In this document: positions 1 through 18,609 of the stretch, piece after piece
Position numbering within the stretch: position 1 is the first letter of the stretch
Layout: every line of letters begins with the position of its first letter
NCBI GenBank assembly: GCA_963693365.1
Contig: CAVNZM010000004.1
Span: 4,333,447 to 4,397,446 of the forward strand
Length of the DNA: 64,000 bases
Direction: 5' to 3'
Source of the DNA: Amoebidium appalachense
Taxonomy: Eukaryota; Protista; Ichthyosporea
Program-made: the position numbers and the translations under genes
The notes under the pieces: model-generated
Database searches by the model: none
Seen by the model: the letters and a program-made list of their open reading frames with translations, nothing else
What the model was told of the DNA's origin: nothing

Positions 1-130
1 CCCGGGAGAGCGGATCTTGCTTTTTGGCCCACGGTGATTTTCTGTTTCCCTTTTTCTTTCTTTCAGTTTCTTCAAAGTTTCTTTCTTTCTTTCTTTCTTT
101 CTTTCTTTTTTTTTTTTTTCCTTTTTTTTT

Positions 131-187
<57 letters not shown>

Positions 188-342
188 GATGGAGGGAGGG
201 AGAAGGGGGGTAACTGTTGTGTGTACACCATGTGTACAGTGTGTGCGCGTGACGTGTGTGTAGGGGGGGGGGGGGGGGGGTATGTGTGTGCGTGTGTGTA
301 TGCTTACATAATGATCCCCTTGTGTGTATGTGTGCACACACA

Positions 343-378
<36 letters not shown>

Positions 379-391
379 GTGTGTGTGTGTG

Positions 392-432
<41 letters not shown>

Positions 433-443
433 ACGCTGTGTGT

Positions 444-479
<36 letters not shown>

Positions 480-759
480 ATATGTCACCGCCACCACCAC
501 CACGATATCCGTTTTTTTAGATTACGTTTGGTAACCCGTAAAGCCGTTTTTCTTGCTCAAATTCAAATTCATTTTTTCCTTTTTCATTTCATTATCTTTT
601 TTGTGAAGTTTTCGTTTTCTTTTTGTTTTAATTTTTCCTTTTCCGTTTTCATCTTTTCATGATTTCATTTTCATTTTTTTCCCCTTCATTTCCATTTTTT
701 CCAATTTTCATTTTCATTTTTTTCGTTTTCATTTTCATATTTTCATGCTTCCCCGCCAG

Positions 760-954
760 TTTGTCGCCACACTGCGGGGGCTGTGCGGACATTCCTCTCG
801 TCTACGAGGCCGACGGAAGTGTTAAGCCCAGCCATGCCCTTTTCATCAACACACGACACAAGGCAAGAAACAAGGCAGAACGTGCACGTGTTGCTAAGGC
901 CGGGGGTTACTTCAGAGACGACAGAGTGAATGGCGTGCTGGAACCTACCAGAAG
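760..954 (+). pseudogene. PP2C/PPM-family phosphatase-like exon, degenerate or orphan
   Basis: The exon is bounded by CAG| and |GTAG. It encodes HKARNKAERARVAKAGGYFRDDRVNGVLEPTR, matching the PP2C motif DHKP...E..RI..AGG....RVNG.L..SR. Upstream FVA/HCGGC resembles the ANxGD motif but has a frameshift and D>G. No convincing downstream exon was found. Confidence 0.6.
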
Positions 955-1552
955 GTAGTGTCCTACCAGCATAGTGTGATGGGGATATGGGGGTGGAGTG
1001 TGATGTGGTTGATTTGTTGTAGTGTCTTGTGTACGTGCGTGTGTGTACGTGTCAGCCGGTGATGGTGTTTGGTTGTGAATCAGGAACGAGAGGTGGTGCG
1101 GATGTGGACCTTGTTTCTTTCGTTTTCTTTCCTTTTTTCTTTTTTTTTGTGGTGGTGGTGGTGGTGGTGGTGGTGGTGGTGTTGGGGGAATGGAGGGGTG
1201 GGGGGGGGGGGAGGGGGGGGGGAGGAGGGGGGGGGGGTTTGGGGGGGGGAGGGGGGAGGGTGTTTGTGTGTGTGTGTGGGGGGGGGGGGGGGAGGGGGGG
1301 GGAAGGGGGGGGGGGGGGAGGAGGAGGGGGGGGGGGAAGAAGGGTGGAATGCAGCCGTACGTGTAGGTGTGTGTGCACGCGTATGTACAAGCAGTCGGCT
1401 CTTTTTTTTTCTCCCGTCGGAGGAGGTGTGTGTTTCAGAAGGGAGAGGGGAGCTGGGGGGGGGGGGGGGGGGGGAGGGGGGGAGGAGGGAGTGTGTGTTG
1501 TGCGTGTGTGTACATGTACAAATGGTCGGCATCCCTTTTTCCTCCCTCTTGA

Positions 1553-1637
<85 letters not shown>

Positions 1638-2081
1638 GGTGCATGCGTGCACATGTGTGTGTGTGACAAGTTCTCTGCAATAGCAGAGTCATCACAAACT
1701 CAGAATTATCCTGCCGTTCATGATCAGCGGCAGATACCCACCCATAAGCATTATTTTGCTAATAAAGATTTATTCGGATATATTCAGCTTTTACAGTCTT
1801 CTTCTGCTTGGAGCAAGGCTATTCTCTGCTTCCGCAAGCAGAGAATACCAATAAATTTTCTGCTCGGAGCAAATTGGATTTTGCTCATATACGGTTGGGC
1901 CCTTACGTATACGCTGGAGTGGGTCACATGAATTTTGTGGGCCGGTGCACGTGGGTCGTGCAACACACTATATGTGTTGTTACTTTCTGTACGGGCATTA
2001 TCACGGTGGTTGTTGCTGCTTATTTTTGTGTTGTGGTTTGGCATATTGTGGCTGTATGTGTGTGTGTGTGGTGGTGGTGGT

Positions 2082-2124
<43 letters not shown>

Positions 2125-2517
2125 CTCAGGGCAAGGCAGCATACTCTGTACCATGTGTGCACCAAAAACACACACAGCATGCGGCATTGTCCGGATTTAT
2201 TCACAGGCACAGCACTCAGGCACACACACTTGATTCAGAAGGAAATATTACGCCTTGGAGAATGTTTACCTCGCGTTTGAACAAAAAAGCTTTGAATGCA
2301 CGAAGTGAGTGTATTTGAACCAATAAATGCGCGCGATCGCACCGATTAGCCAAATATGGGCATTTAGGCGGGAAGTCTTGGCGCGGAGGGGGGGGGGGGG
2401 GGGGGGGAAGCATCTAGTTAAACAGAAAAGTAGGAAATTAATAGCCGTTTGAACGAATAAACGAAGTCTTTCGAGTCCTCTGCATGCCGCCCCGAACACT
2501 CCTACATGTAGCCATGA

Positions 2518-3933
2518 TCAGAGGCGATGCATGGGGCGATTCATCCTCGCATGATGCAACAGCCTTGCCTCATATTCAGCCCAGGGCTGATAACGCTTTA
2601 CCACAGACTGCACCATGCCCTCGGCTGCAACGGGCGCCCTGTCAGTGTCCTCAGCCCCCAGACACCCAGCCCCCGCCCCGGCCATGCTAGTCCCTCCCTT
2701 GCACGCACCTGTGGGGGGGTAGGTGTGCAGCACGGGGCCGCCAATGCCCATGCTCGTGTTTGCCTGCACGTACTTGTCTTGGGGCGGCTTGTGTGCCAGC
2801 ACTATCTCCCGCAGTGCCAACATGTCCTCCCCCACTGCCCCCCACCCAAAATCAAAAACACACACACAGTCAGCAACTGTTAACATCCCCCCCCCCCCCC
2901 CCCCCCCCCCCCCTCCCCCTTCCCCCTCCCCTCCCCCCCCCCCCCCCCCCCCCACCCCCACCTCCCCCGGGGGGGGTGCCGGGTACGCACCTGCCGTGTA
3001 GTGCTCGAACATGGCCTTGCCACGGGCCACATCTGCAGGGGCCTTGTCAGCCACATATGCATGTCAGTGGCCAGGCCCTCACACAACACCGTGCACACGT
3101 ATGATAGCAGTCGTAGGTCGGTAAAACATGAGCCTATGGTACAGCCAATTATATCCACTGTGGTCGGGCACACGGGCATGCATGCATGCCACAGTCAATC
3201 TCAGAGAGAAAAATGTCAAAATTCCTCGTCAGTAGCCACACTGCACAGGCCCCCCCCCCCTCCCCCCCCCAAAAAAAATGGCAACCACCGCAGCAGATTC
3301 ATCCCTTTCTTCCTGCCCCAATGCACCCATCTCATCGGGCCAGGGCCCACCCACCTGCAGCCGCAGCAGGAAGTCGCCAATGGCCGGCCGGCCCACAGTC
3401 AGGATCTTGCTGCGGTCAAGCTGCCTGCCCCGTCGGCACTGCACACCTGCATGCACCTTCAGAAAGCACGTGCATGCAACCTTAGGTTGCATATGCACAC
3501 ACATACAAGCCCCCATCGTTCCACGTGCTCACACATCATACAAGCGCCCATGCTAGCACGTGCACAAATATACAAGCCCCCATCCTAGCACGTGCACACA
3601 TACAAGCGTCCATGCTAGCACGTGCACTCACCTAATTATTATTATAACCAGCAGGTCTGGCTGGCCGTCTTCTGCGTTTGTGACTGTGTCGATGGCCAGC
3701 AGCCCCTCCCCGGCCTGCAACAGCACCTGCAGCATGCCGTAGCGTGCCCGCGTTTGTGCCTGCCGCCATGCCTGCGCTCCTGCCACCTGAGCAAGGCCTG
3801 TCCTGCAGTGGGCCCATGCATGTAAAACTATTCTGCGCAAGTCAACCCTGATGCAGAGCGCTAGCCTCCATACGAACGCCATGCGCAGAGATTTGAGCTC
3901 ATTTGGCCCCAGACACCAGCCACAGCCAGAAGC

Positions 3934-3965
<32 letters not shown>

Positions 3966-5348
3966 CTCCCCCTGCCTCCTCCCCCCATGCAACCTTTGTG
4001 GCCGGGGTGTACATCTCGAGCCAACCGCATAGCCGACAGCCAGTTCATGAATATGCACACCCCAGCATCCGCCCCTGCAGCCCAGTCACAACCCTGCCCC
4101 CCCCACCCACCCCCCTCCCCCTCCCCTCCTCCTCCCCCCCCCCCCCCCCCCCCCCCGCAACCAGTCAATACCGCTGTGGCCAAAACGGCCTGGATGCTGG
4201 GCTCGCAGCACAGATAGAGGCCCACACATTCGGCTCGGCACTCCTCATAGGCAGACGCAATCACGGGGAACTTGCCGTCCCTGCAGCCACCCCTGAGCAT
4301 ACTGCCCCAGACACACTGCCCCACACACAACTATTTCAAAAGTATCCTGAATATCAAAAAATATCTTTTATACCCCTGAATATAAAGAAATTTGGAGAGC
4401 ACGGAATATTTTTCGGGATATTCGATAATCGGGATATTTTTCAGGGGCCTGGTGCAAAGCACCCTGTCTTGTCCTCCCCTTGAGCACAGGGGATGGGCCC
4501 CATCTAGGCACCTTAAAAAGGAAATGGAGCCAACAGCCCAGGATCAAGGGGACAGATACCAGAAATAAATGAAGTCTTTAGAATTGGGTGAGGTTTGATG
4601 CAAGAGTACCCAAAGCTCCTGACGTAAACTCTTTCCATTGGATATGAAAATACACAAAGGCTGTGTCTTACTGCAGCGCTCGTAGGTTGCTTTACTGCAG
4701 ATATATCTCGCTATGTTCCGCTGCAGCCAGGCCCACTAGATATATGATATATGATATATCCCGCTATTTTCTGCTGCAGCCAGGCCCACCAGATATATGA
4801 TTTATCCCGGTGGCCCCACCAGATATACGATTTATCCCCCTAGACCCACCAGATATATGACACATCCCGCCAGGCCCTCTGCCACCATCCCACACACACA
4901 CACCTTCTCGTACTCTCTGCCCCACGGCAGCAGCTTGAGGTAATCGGGCGCATGCTCCACCTGCCCAACATCTCAGCCCCAAACACCCCCCCCCCCCCCC
5001 CCTCCTGCCCCTCCCACCCCCCCCCCCCTTCCCCCCACGCACCAGGGTGTTGAATTTTGCACTCTGCTCCCTGTTGACCATGGCCACCCCAGAGCGCCAC
5101 TCCCCCCTGACTCCGTACGGATCCCGGTACGACTCTGCAAAGACCCGTCAGCATAAGGTCGCCCTGTCAGGCCACAGAGCAGCGTGGGGGGGAGGGGGGG
5201 GGGGGGGTACCATTGAAGCCGATGTATGTCTTCACGGGGGGGCTCTTATTTTTGATCCACAGCCGGGAGGCGTCCTTGTGGTCTTCGATGTTGCCGTGCC
5301 GGAAGTGGGCCAAATACCTGGCCAGCATCTCTGCGCCCCAACCCCCTT

Positions 5349-5427
<79 letters not shown>

Positions 5428-5620
5428 CCCACCTCTCTCCGTGTCGTTTGCACAGTGGCTGGCGGCCTGCTCGAGCTCAGCCACGACCAGCTCAAACAGC
5501 CGTGCATGGTCCCCCCGCACCACATGCACGATGTGCCCTGCATCCAGCTCGTACGTGCCTGCCCCCCTCCAAGCATCAGCCACCCACCCACCAAGCAAAG
5601 CAGATGACATCAGCAAATTT

Positions 5621-5658
<38 letters not shown>

Positions 5659-6058
5659 ACCACCACCACCACCACCATTACCACCATCCCCCTCTTCCCC
5701 CCCCCCCCCCCCCCCCCCTCAACCAACCAACCAAACACAGCAGAAACTTGATAATACACAAATGCAAACCTACCCTCCATCTCTCCACCCCCCACCCACC
5801 AACCCAGGCAATACCAACCAATCCCCCCCCCCCCTCCCCCCCCCCCCGCAGGCAATACCAACCAATCCACTTCCCCCCCCCCCCCCCCCCCCCCCCGCAG
5901 GCAATAACAAGCAATCCACTGCCCCTCCCCCCCCCCCCCCCCCCCCTCCCCCCCCGGCAGGCAACAACAACCAATCCACTGCACCCCCCTCTTCCCCCAC
6001 CCCTCCCTCCACACACACACACCAAGCACAGAAAATATCAACCAATCCACTGCACCCC

Positions 6059-6090
<32 letters not shown>

Positions 6091-6489
6091 ACCACCACCA
6101 CCACCACCCATCCACCCACCCAGCAGGGGATATCCGTGGTCACTATCGCCATCGCAGTCGTTCCCGGCCAGGGAGGCCAGTCTCAGCTCATAGGTCACGT
6201 GACCTGCATCCCAGGGCCTGTGAATCTCCCGGCCCCCAACCAATGCCCCTCTTCCCTCTCCCCCATCCCCCCCCCCCCCCCCCTCTCCCCCCCCCCCGCC
6301 CCCCAGGGGGGCACTGACCGTCAGTGGCCACGTGTTTGAAGACACGTGTGCTGTAGGCCACCATGTGTCGCTCGTCCATGAACCGCTGCACCAAACCCTC
6401 TGTCAGCTGCCCCTCCCCCCCCTCCACCCCCCCCCCCCTCCCCCCCCCCTTTCCCCCCCCCCCCTCCCCCTCCCCCCCCCCCCCCCCCT

Positions 6490-6520
<31 letters not shown>

Positions 6521-7126
6521 CCGCTCACCTGCACGGCCTCTGCATCTCGCAGTTTGCCGAGTAGTATGTCGACACCCCCTGGCTGGCCCCCAGCCCCAGC
6601 TGCAGCTCTGGCGGCGTCAGCGAGTACATACTGCCCGCTGGCGCCGTCAGCAGCCGTGTTCTGCGGCCGCCCCCTCCCCCTCCCCCCCCCCCCTCCCCCC
6701 CCCTCCCCTCCTCCTCCCCCCCTCCCCCTCTCCCCCCTCCCCTCCTCCCCCCTCCCCCTCCCCCCCCCCCCTCCTTCCCTCCCCCCCCCCCGCCACGACC
6801 ACCATCCCCACCTGTCCCGCACGTCTTCCCACAGTTCCTGCATGGCCGGGCCCCAGCCCTTTGCCTTCTGCAGAATGGCCTCCACACGGTCGGCAGGCAG
6901 CCCCGGCACAAACTTGCTGTCGCCAAACGCCTGCCAGTGGCGGCCCTGTGAGCACCCACCCACGTGCACCAGCCAGCCAGCCAGGGAGGGCACGCACATT
7001 GTAGTTGCCCATGTTGCCAAACACGGCTGCCGCATAGGCCATCATCGCCTCATAGTCCCTCTCGCTCATTCCCGCAGCCAGGCAAGCCTCTGCCCCAGCC
7101 CGTCAGCTCCACCTACCCTTCATCCT

Positions 7127-7157
<31 letters not shown>

Positions 7158-7698
7158 CCCACCCCGCTCTTAACTATCATAACCACCATCCCCATGCACC
7201 ACCAACTCCCGCCCCCCCTTTCCCCCCCTCCTCCTCTCTCTCTCACCATTCCTCACAACACCACAACAACATTGCCACCACCACCAATACCAATTACCAC
7301 CTAACATACCCTTCAGCTGCGCCAGGGGTTGGGCCTCAAACAGCCGCATCAACAGCGCAACAATGGGGGCCAATTCCCACGACACCTGAAGCGGCACCAC
7401 CAATGCCCCACACCAGACCGCCCGGCTCAGATGGTGTGCATACCTACCGGACAGCCCGCCACCTCAGCGATCTGCGCAAAATTCATTCTCCCCTCCCTCT
7501 CCTTCCCCCCCCCTTCCCCCTCCCCTCCACCCCCCTATCCCTTCTCCCTCCCCCCCCCCCCCCCCCCCCTCCCCTTGTTCTGCAGGGTGCCACGAACCGC
7601 CTCTCTGTATCCGTCAGGCGGCTGTAGGCTTCGCTGCAGTCCACGAAGGCTATGGGTGCGCCCACGGGCACGGCGTGGCTGGCCTGCAGCGCGTCCAT
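2518..7698 (-). CDS. DPP3: Dipeptidyl peptidase III (M49 family), ~18 exons, disrupted as assembled
   Basis: GT-AG exons are collinear with DPP3: 7698-7598 (VDCSEAYSRLTDTERR), 7443-~7311 (YAHHLSRA), FGNMGNYN, AFGDSKFVPGLP, GLGASQGVSTYYSANC, YSTRVFK, YELRLAS, VVRGDH, HKDASRLWIKNKSPPVKTYIGF, ESYRDPYGVRG, 4960-4904 (LLPWGREYEK), 4280-~4172 (IASAYEECRAECVGLYL), WRQAQTRARY, LDRSKILTVGRPAIGDFLLRLQ, and a last exon ending at the 2518 stop. The HELLGH-containing segment is absent and there are several frameshifts. Confidence 0.93.
3501..3630. repeat. ~30-bp minisatellite, 4 copies, in a DPP3 intron
   Basis: Repeated unit resembling ATACAAGCSYCCATSCTAGCACGTGCACA. Confidence 0.8.
4697..4872. repeat. 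~30-bp minisatellite (CCCACCAGATATATGATTTATCCC) in the DPP3 gap
   Basis: 4-5 imperfect tandem units read directly. Confidence 0.8.
5350..5427. repeat. (GGCA)n / sense-strand (CCTG)n tract, ~19 units, filling most of a DPP3 intron
   Basis: Uninterrupted tetranucleotide run. Confidence 0.95.
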
Positions 7699-8004
7699 GC
7701 TGGCGGGGTTGCGGCTGAGCGTACGTGTGCTCGGGAGCTATCCGATGGGTGCTGCGGAGCAATCTCATTGTGAGGTGGCTGGCACACGGTTCAAGCAGTT
7801 GTGGCTTTTGTATCATACAGTCACGCCTGGGCTAAAACAACGCTTGGTTTGCACCTTGGGGGGTTGCTCAGATAGCCTCACCAGACAGCTGACAGCAAAG
7901 TAAAAGTAGTAATTGTGACAGCCTGACACTTCTCTTTTCTTCTTCTTTTTCTTTTTTTCATTGACCAGTGTTTGCTCGTTTTTTTTTTTTTTTTTTTGGA
8001 TCGG

Positions 8005-8150
8005 GGCTCACAGCCAATCAATCGCGCCTTCTCCCCAGTGATGTACACTGAGTTCCCCCCAGACTTGACAGTTGAATAGATCTATTCGCGATATCTGATT
8101 GGTAGCCAATCTACGACCTATGATAAAATAACATGCTTTGATTGGCTATC
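8005..8150. promoter_or_regulatory. Putative bidirectional promoter with four CCAAT boxes
   Basis: CCAAT at ~8014 and ~8106 and ATTGG at ~8098 and ~8141, lying between divergent starts at 7698(-) and 8617(+). Confidence 0.55.
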
Positions 8151-8616
8151 GCATTTTATGCAGGAATGCATTACAACAAGCCCACTTGAATCAAGGCCTC
8201 CTGTACATACAGGTGTAGGAGGCCTTGGCTTGAACTCCACTTCATCAACAACGTCCCCTTCATTTCCTGTTACCTTCCCCTTAGTGGTACCCACACATGA
8301 CGCAGAATAGCTGTTAATAGCAGCCAGAAAGACGGCTGGTAACTCTTTTTGAGCCCGTGCAACTAACTGTTGACACGGCCACGCACGGTGCAATTTCACT
8401 TGCCTTGTCAACACCCCAGTTCCGGATCCCTTCACAGCATTATCCCGTTGGAAACAAACAAAGACACACACGCACGCACGCACAAGCACACACGCACAAG
8501 CACACACGCACACACACATGCCCGCGCGCACGCAAGCACGTACGCACACACACGCTTACCTAGCCTTCCATTCAACTCAGTGGACTGACAGAGATTGCAC
8601 GGATATTACTGGCACA

Positions 8617-15063
<6,447 letters not shown>

Positions 15064-15069
15064 ACATGT

Positions 15070-15190
15070 TGTATATCTGCACGTGTGAGATATATGCTCA
15101 TGTGGGAGCGCACATGATAGATTGCTTGTTTTAGTTGTATATCTACACGTGCGGGATATATGTCCGTGTGCAAATTCACATGATGTATTA
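15070..15190. repeat. Imperfect ~66-bp tandem duplication just after the stop codon
   Basis: GTATATCTRCACGTGYGRGATATATG...CACATGAT occurs twice. Confidence 0.7.
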
Positions 15191-15625
15191 TTCGTTTCGT
15201 ATGTACTTTTCTTATGCAACTGAACAGTTATGAAGCCTGCTTTTTTCCTTGAATGTGATAATATAGATCTACCTTTTCCCCTTTCACTCCCCCATTCTTG
15301 GGGTGAATCTACAGCAATGGAGTAAACAAGGTGTATATGGGCATCTTGAGATTTCTGTTTTTTAATCCGTGTTGGCTATATCGGACACGAGCTTAAGAAC
15401 ACCACATTTTTCTAAGCTTATGGTCATAAGGGATTTATTGCACATTGTCAACTCTGCGCTATATCGAACAAGCTTTGCACGCGTCTAGGATTAAATTATG
15501 CAAATATCGATTATCAAATTAGTGTTAATGGTTGGGGATAGGTCAAATATTCACAGTCATTTGAATTAGCACACACACGGGTACTCGACACGTTTGCTGG
15601 CACGCACACACACACACACACACGG

Positions 15626-15724
<99 letters not shown>

Positions 15725-16036
15725 TATATACGGTGTGCAAAGGGATCCGCCCACCTGATATACAACTTGTGATATGTTTGCTTTGGTTCATGCGCTGCAA
15801 CGTTTCAACTATGTAATAATTTCATATGTGCTTAAACCAGCTCACAACCTCATTTAATATTAGGATATGCGTAAGGATGTGTATTATTTGATTCGAGTAC
15901 ACTTGCATTGACGGCCAAACTTTCTCCCCCCCCCCCCCCCCCCCCCCCCCCTTTCCCCCTCCCCCTTCTCCCTCGGCCTCACATTCCCCCTCCGGGGCCC
16001 CGGCCCACCCTCCCCCCTTCCCCCCTCAAAGAAAAG

Positions 16037-16122
<86 letters not shown>

Positions 16123-16479
16123 ACACCACCACCACCACCACCACGTGCAACCACACACACACAGAGAAAGAGACAACCTCCCCCTCCCCGCATGCAGCCA
16201 TGATCTATTGCCCCTGTAGATATTTCTCCTATATTTCCGTCTAGTAACCTGGCGGCCAGAAATATGTTCTCGACACTAATAGATGGTTGCTGACCTTGGT
16301 GGTAGAGAATTAAATCTCGTGACTATTGCAGCCATGGCTTCAACGTTTCCCTGTCACTGCGTAAAGGAAAGGTGTGAATTGCATGCGTTAAAAGCAGGAA
16401 TGATCGCGAGACACTAAGTTCACATGACCGAAATTGGGACCAAGACAGATTTTTTTGCCTGTACCGGTCAATTTTGTTG

Positions 16480-16582
<103 letters not shown>

Positions 16583-16989
16583 TGCGTGCGGGTGTGTGCG
16601 CTCGTTTTTTTTTTTTTTTTTTTTTTTTTTGTGGTTTTTTATGGGGAGGGGGAAAGGGGGGGAGTTAGCTGCATGAGGGTGGTACCAGGTAATGGACGGT
16701 GGTGCTTCGAGGGGCCCGGGGGGAGGGGGGAGGGGGGGGGGGGAGGGGAGGGAGGGCTCTGCTAATTTAATTACAGTGGCGCAAGTGCAAGTCACAACAA
16801 TCGCGGTACCTGGCACAATCTTATTGCAGAGAAGCCTCTCACACGGTTTAAAGGTGCTGTATACATGTGTACTACGGGATCGAATATCGGGCAAGACATC
16901 AACAATGCTGATTGTTGTGCAGCCGGGGAGCGGGGAGGCCAAGCTTCCGAATCATGAAGAACATCAAGCTGAACTGAAATAAGGATAAT

Positions 16990-17020
<31 letters not shown>

Positions 17021-17047
17021 GGTTCGTTTATTTGTTTGTTTGTTTGT

Positions 17048-17130
<83 letters not shown>

Positions 17131-17786
17131 GTCAGGGATCCGGCCGTGTATATGTGCATGCATATGTGTTCGTTTTTAGTTTCAATGAGATAATTGAGTT
17201 TCATATTGATATTTTCCTATTCCCCTCAGACCGCACCGCTAAATTTCAGCTGAGAGCTCGATTATACATCTGCCGGATATTCGAAATATCGATGACGAAT
17301 ATCATATTTGGATTTGGAGGTAATACTATGTCCACGGTTGCATAGTAATGAAATCGATCGCCCCTCAAAGAAAAATAAAATATAATAAAATGAATAGAAA
17401 TGAAAATAAAAATAAAAAATTACAAAAAAAGCTCTCCCCGAGATAAAGGGGGAGTTGAGGGGGAGGGGGGAGGGGGGAGGGGGGAGGGGGAAGGGGGAGG
17501 GGGGGGCACAGGACGGGAAAGGGTGGGGGAGGGTGAAGGGGGAGAGGGGAGGAGGGGAGGGGAGGGGAGGGTGTTACAATGCCAGGAGTATAGGTTCACA
17601 ATCAGGACGGACTAGAAGAAAGGCCCTGAAGCTGGGGGGGTTGGGGGGGGGGGGGGGGGGGGGGGGGGGGTGTTATACATTCACGACGGTCAAAACAATG
17701 CACAATCAGCAAAGCACACACAGAGTATGCATCGTAAGCGGAGCATGATCTCCGGGGGGAAGGCAGGGGGGTGTGGGGGGGAGGTG

Positions 17787-17846
<60 letters not shown>

Positions 17847-18034
17847 AGGTGCGCGTGTGCTTGTGCGTCATTGTGTGTAATTGTTCTTTTGCATGCAGAT
17901 GTGAGTGTGTGAGGTGTGTGCTACATAGTACCCCATGGCGTGGTGCGTGTGTGTGAGTGTGTAACTGTACGATATAATTGTGATTTCAACGGTACACATG
18001 TGGTGTGCAAAGCTGCACGAAATGTGTTTCCGCC

Positions 18035-18087
<53 letters not shown>

Positions 18088-18609
18088 TTGTCCCAAAGCG
18101 CTGAAAGTCAACATAATCACGAGAGCCTTACAGGGCTTGCAATGAATAGAGTCTTCAATTTGTTTCAAGGCGTTCTGACAATTCTGAAACATTCATTATA
18201 TATATTACAAGTGCGGTTCTTTCATTCCAAAGTAAACCCTGCATCAGTGCTACAAATTACAGTCAGCTCTATACTAACATTACCAAAGTGTGCATCCAGT
18301 CAGCACCGAGCTGCCGGGCATCATACTCAGTGATAGACCACTTCTCAGGTCAGAAAAATTGTGTTACGTGTGAGCGTGATGGGTGACACTTAAGACTCCC
18401 CCCTACAAAAAAAAAAAAAGAAAGAAAAAAAAGAAAAGAGAGGAAAAGAAACTAAATTATAGACTTGAGTGCGTGTGCGGCAGTCTATATAAAGCCCACA
18501 TTCACCTACGTATACAATGCAAGTGGTGCAGCCTTCTACTACCATTAGTACACTCTTTACGTGCATTACGGGCATTTGATTCAGTTAATTATATGGCATG
18601 GATCTAATA

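Noticed and set aside
1060-1115. TRGGADVD as a continuation of the PP2C gene
   Set aside because: The phase and motif do not fit the preceding exon convincingly.
2300-2390. CCAAT and E2F-like motifs (GGCGGGAA, TTGGCGCG)
   Set aside because: No associated gene start was found, and short motifs alone are insufficient.
5610-6345. Apparent formin FH1-like proline-rich ORFs on the plus strand
   Set aside because: They are antisense to DPP3 introns and consist of C tracts plus a short ACCAATCCAC repeat; there is no FH2 domain.
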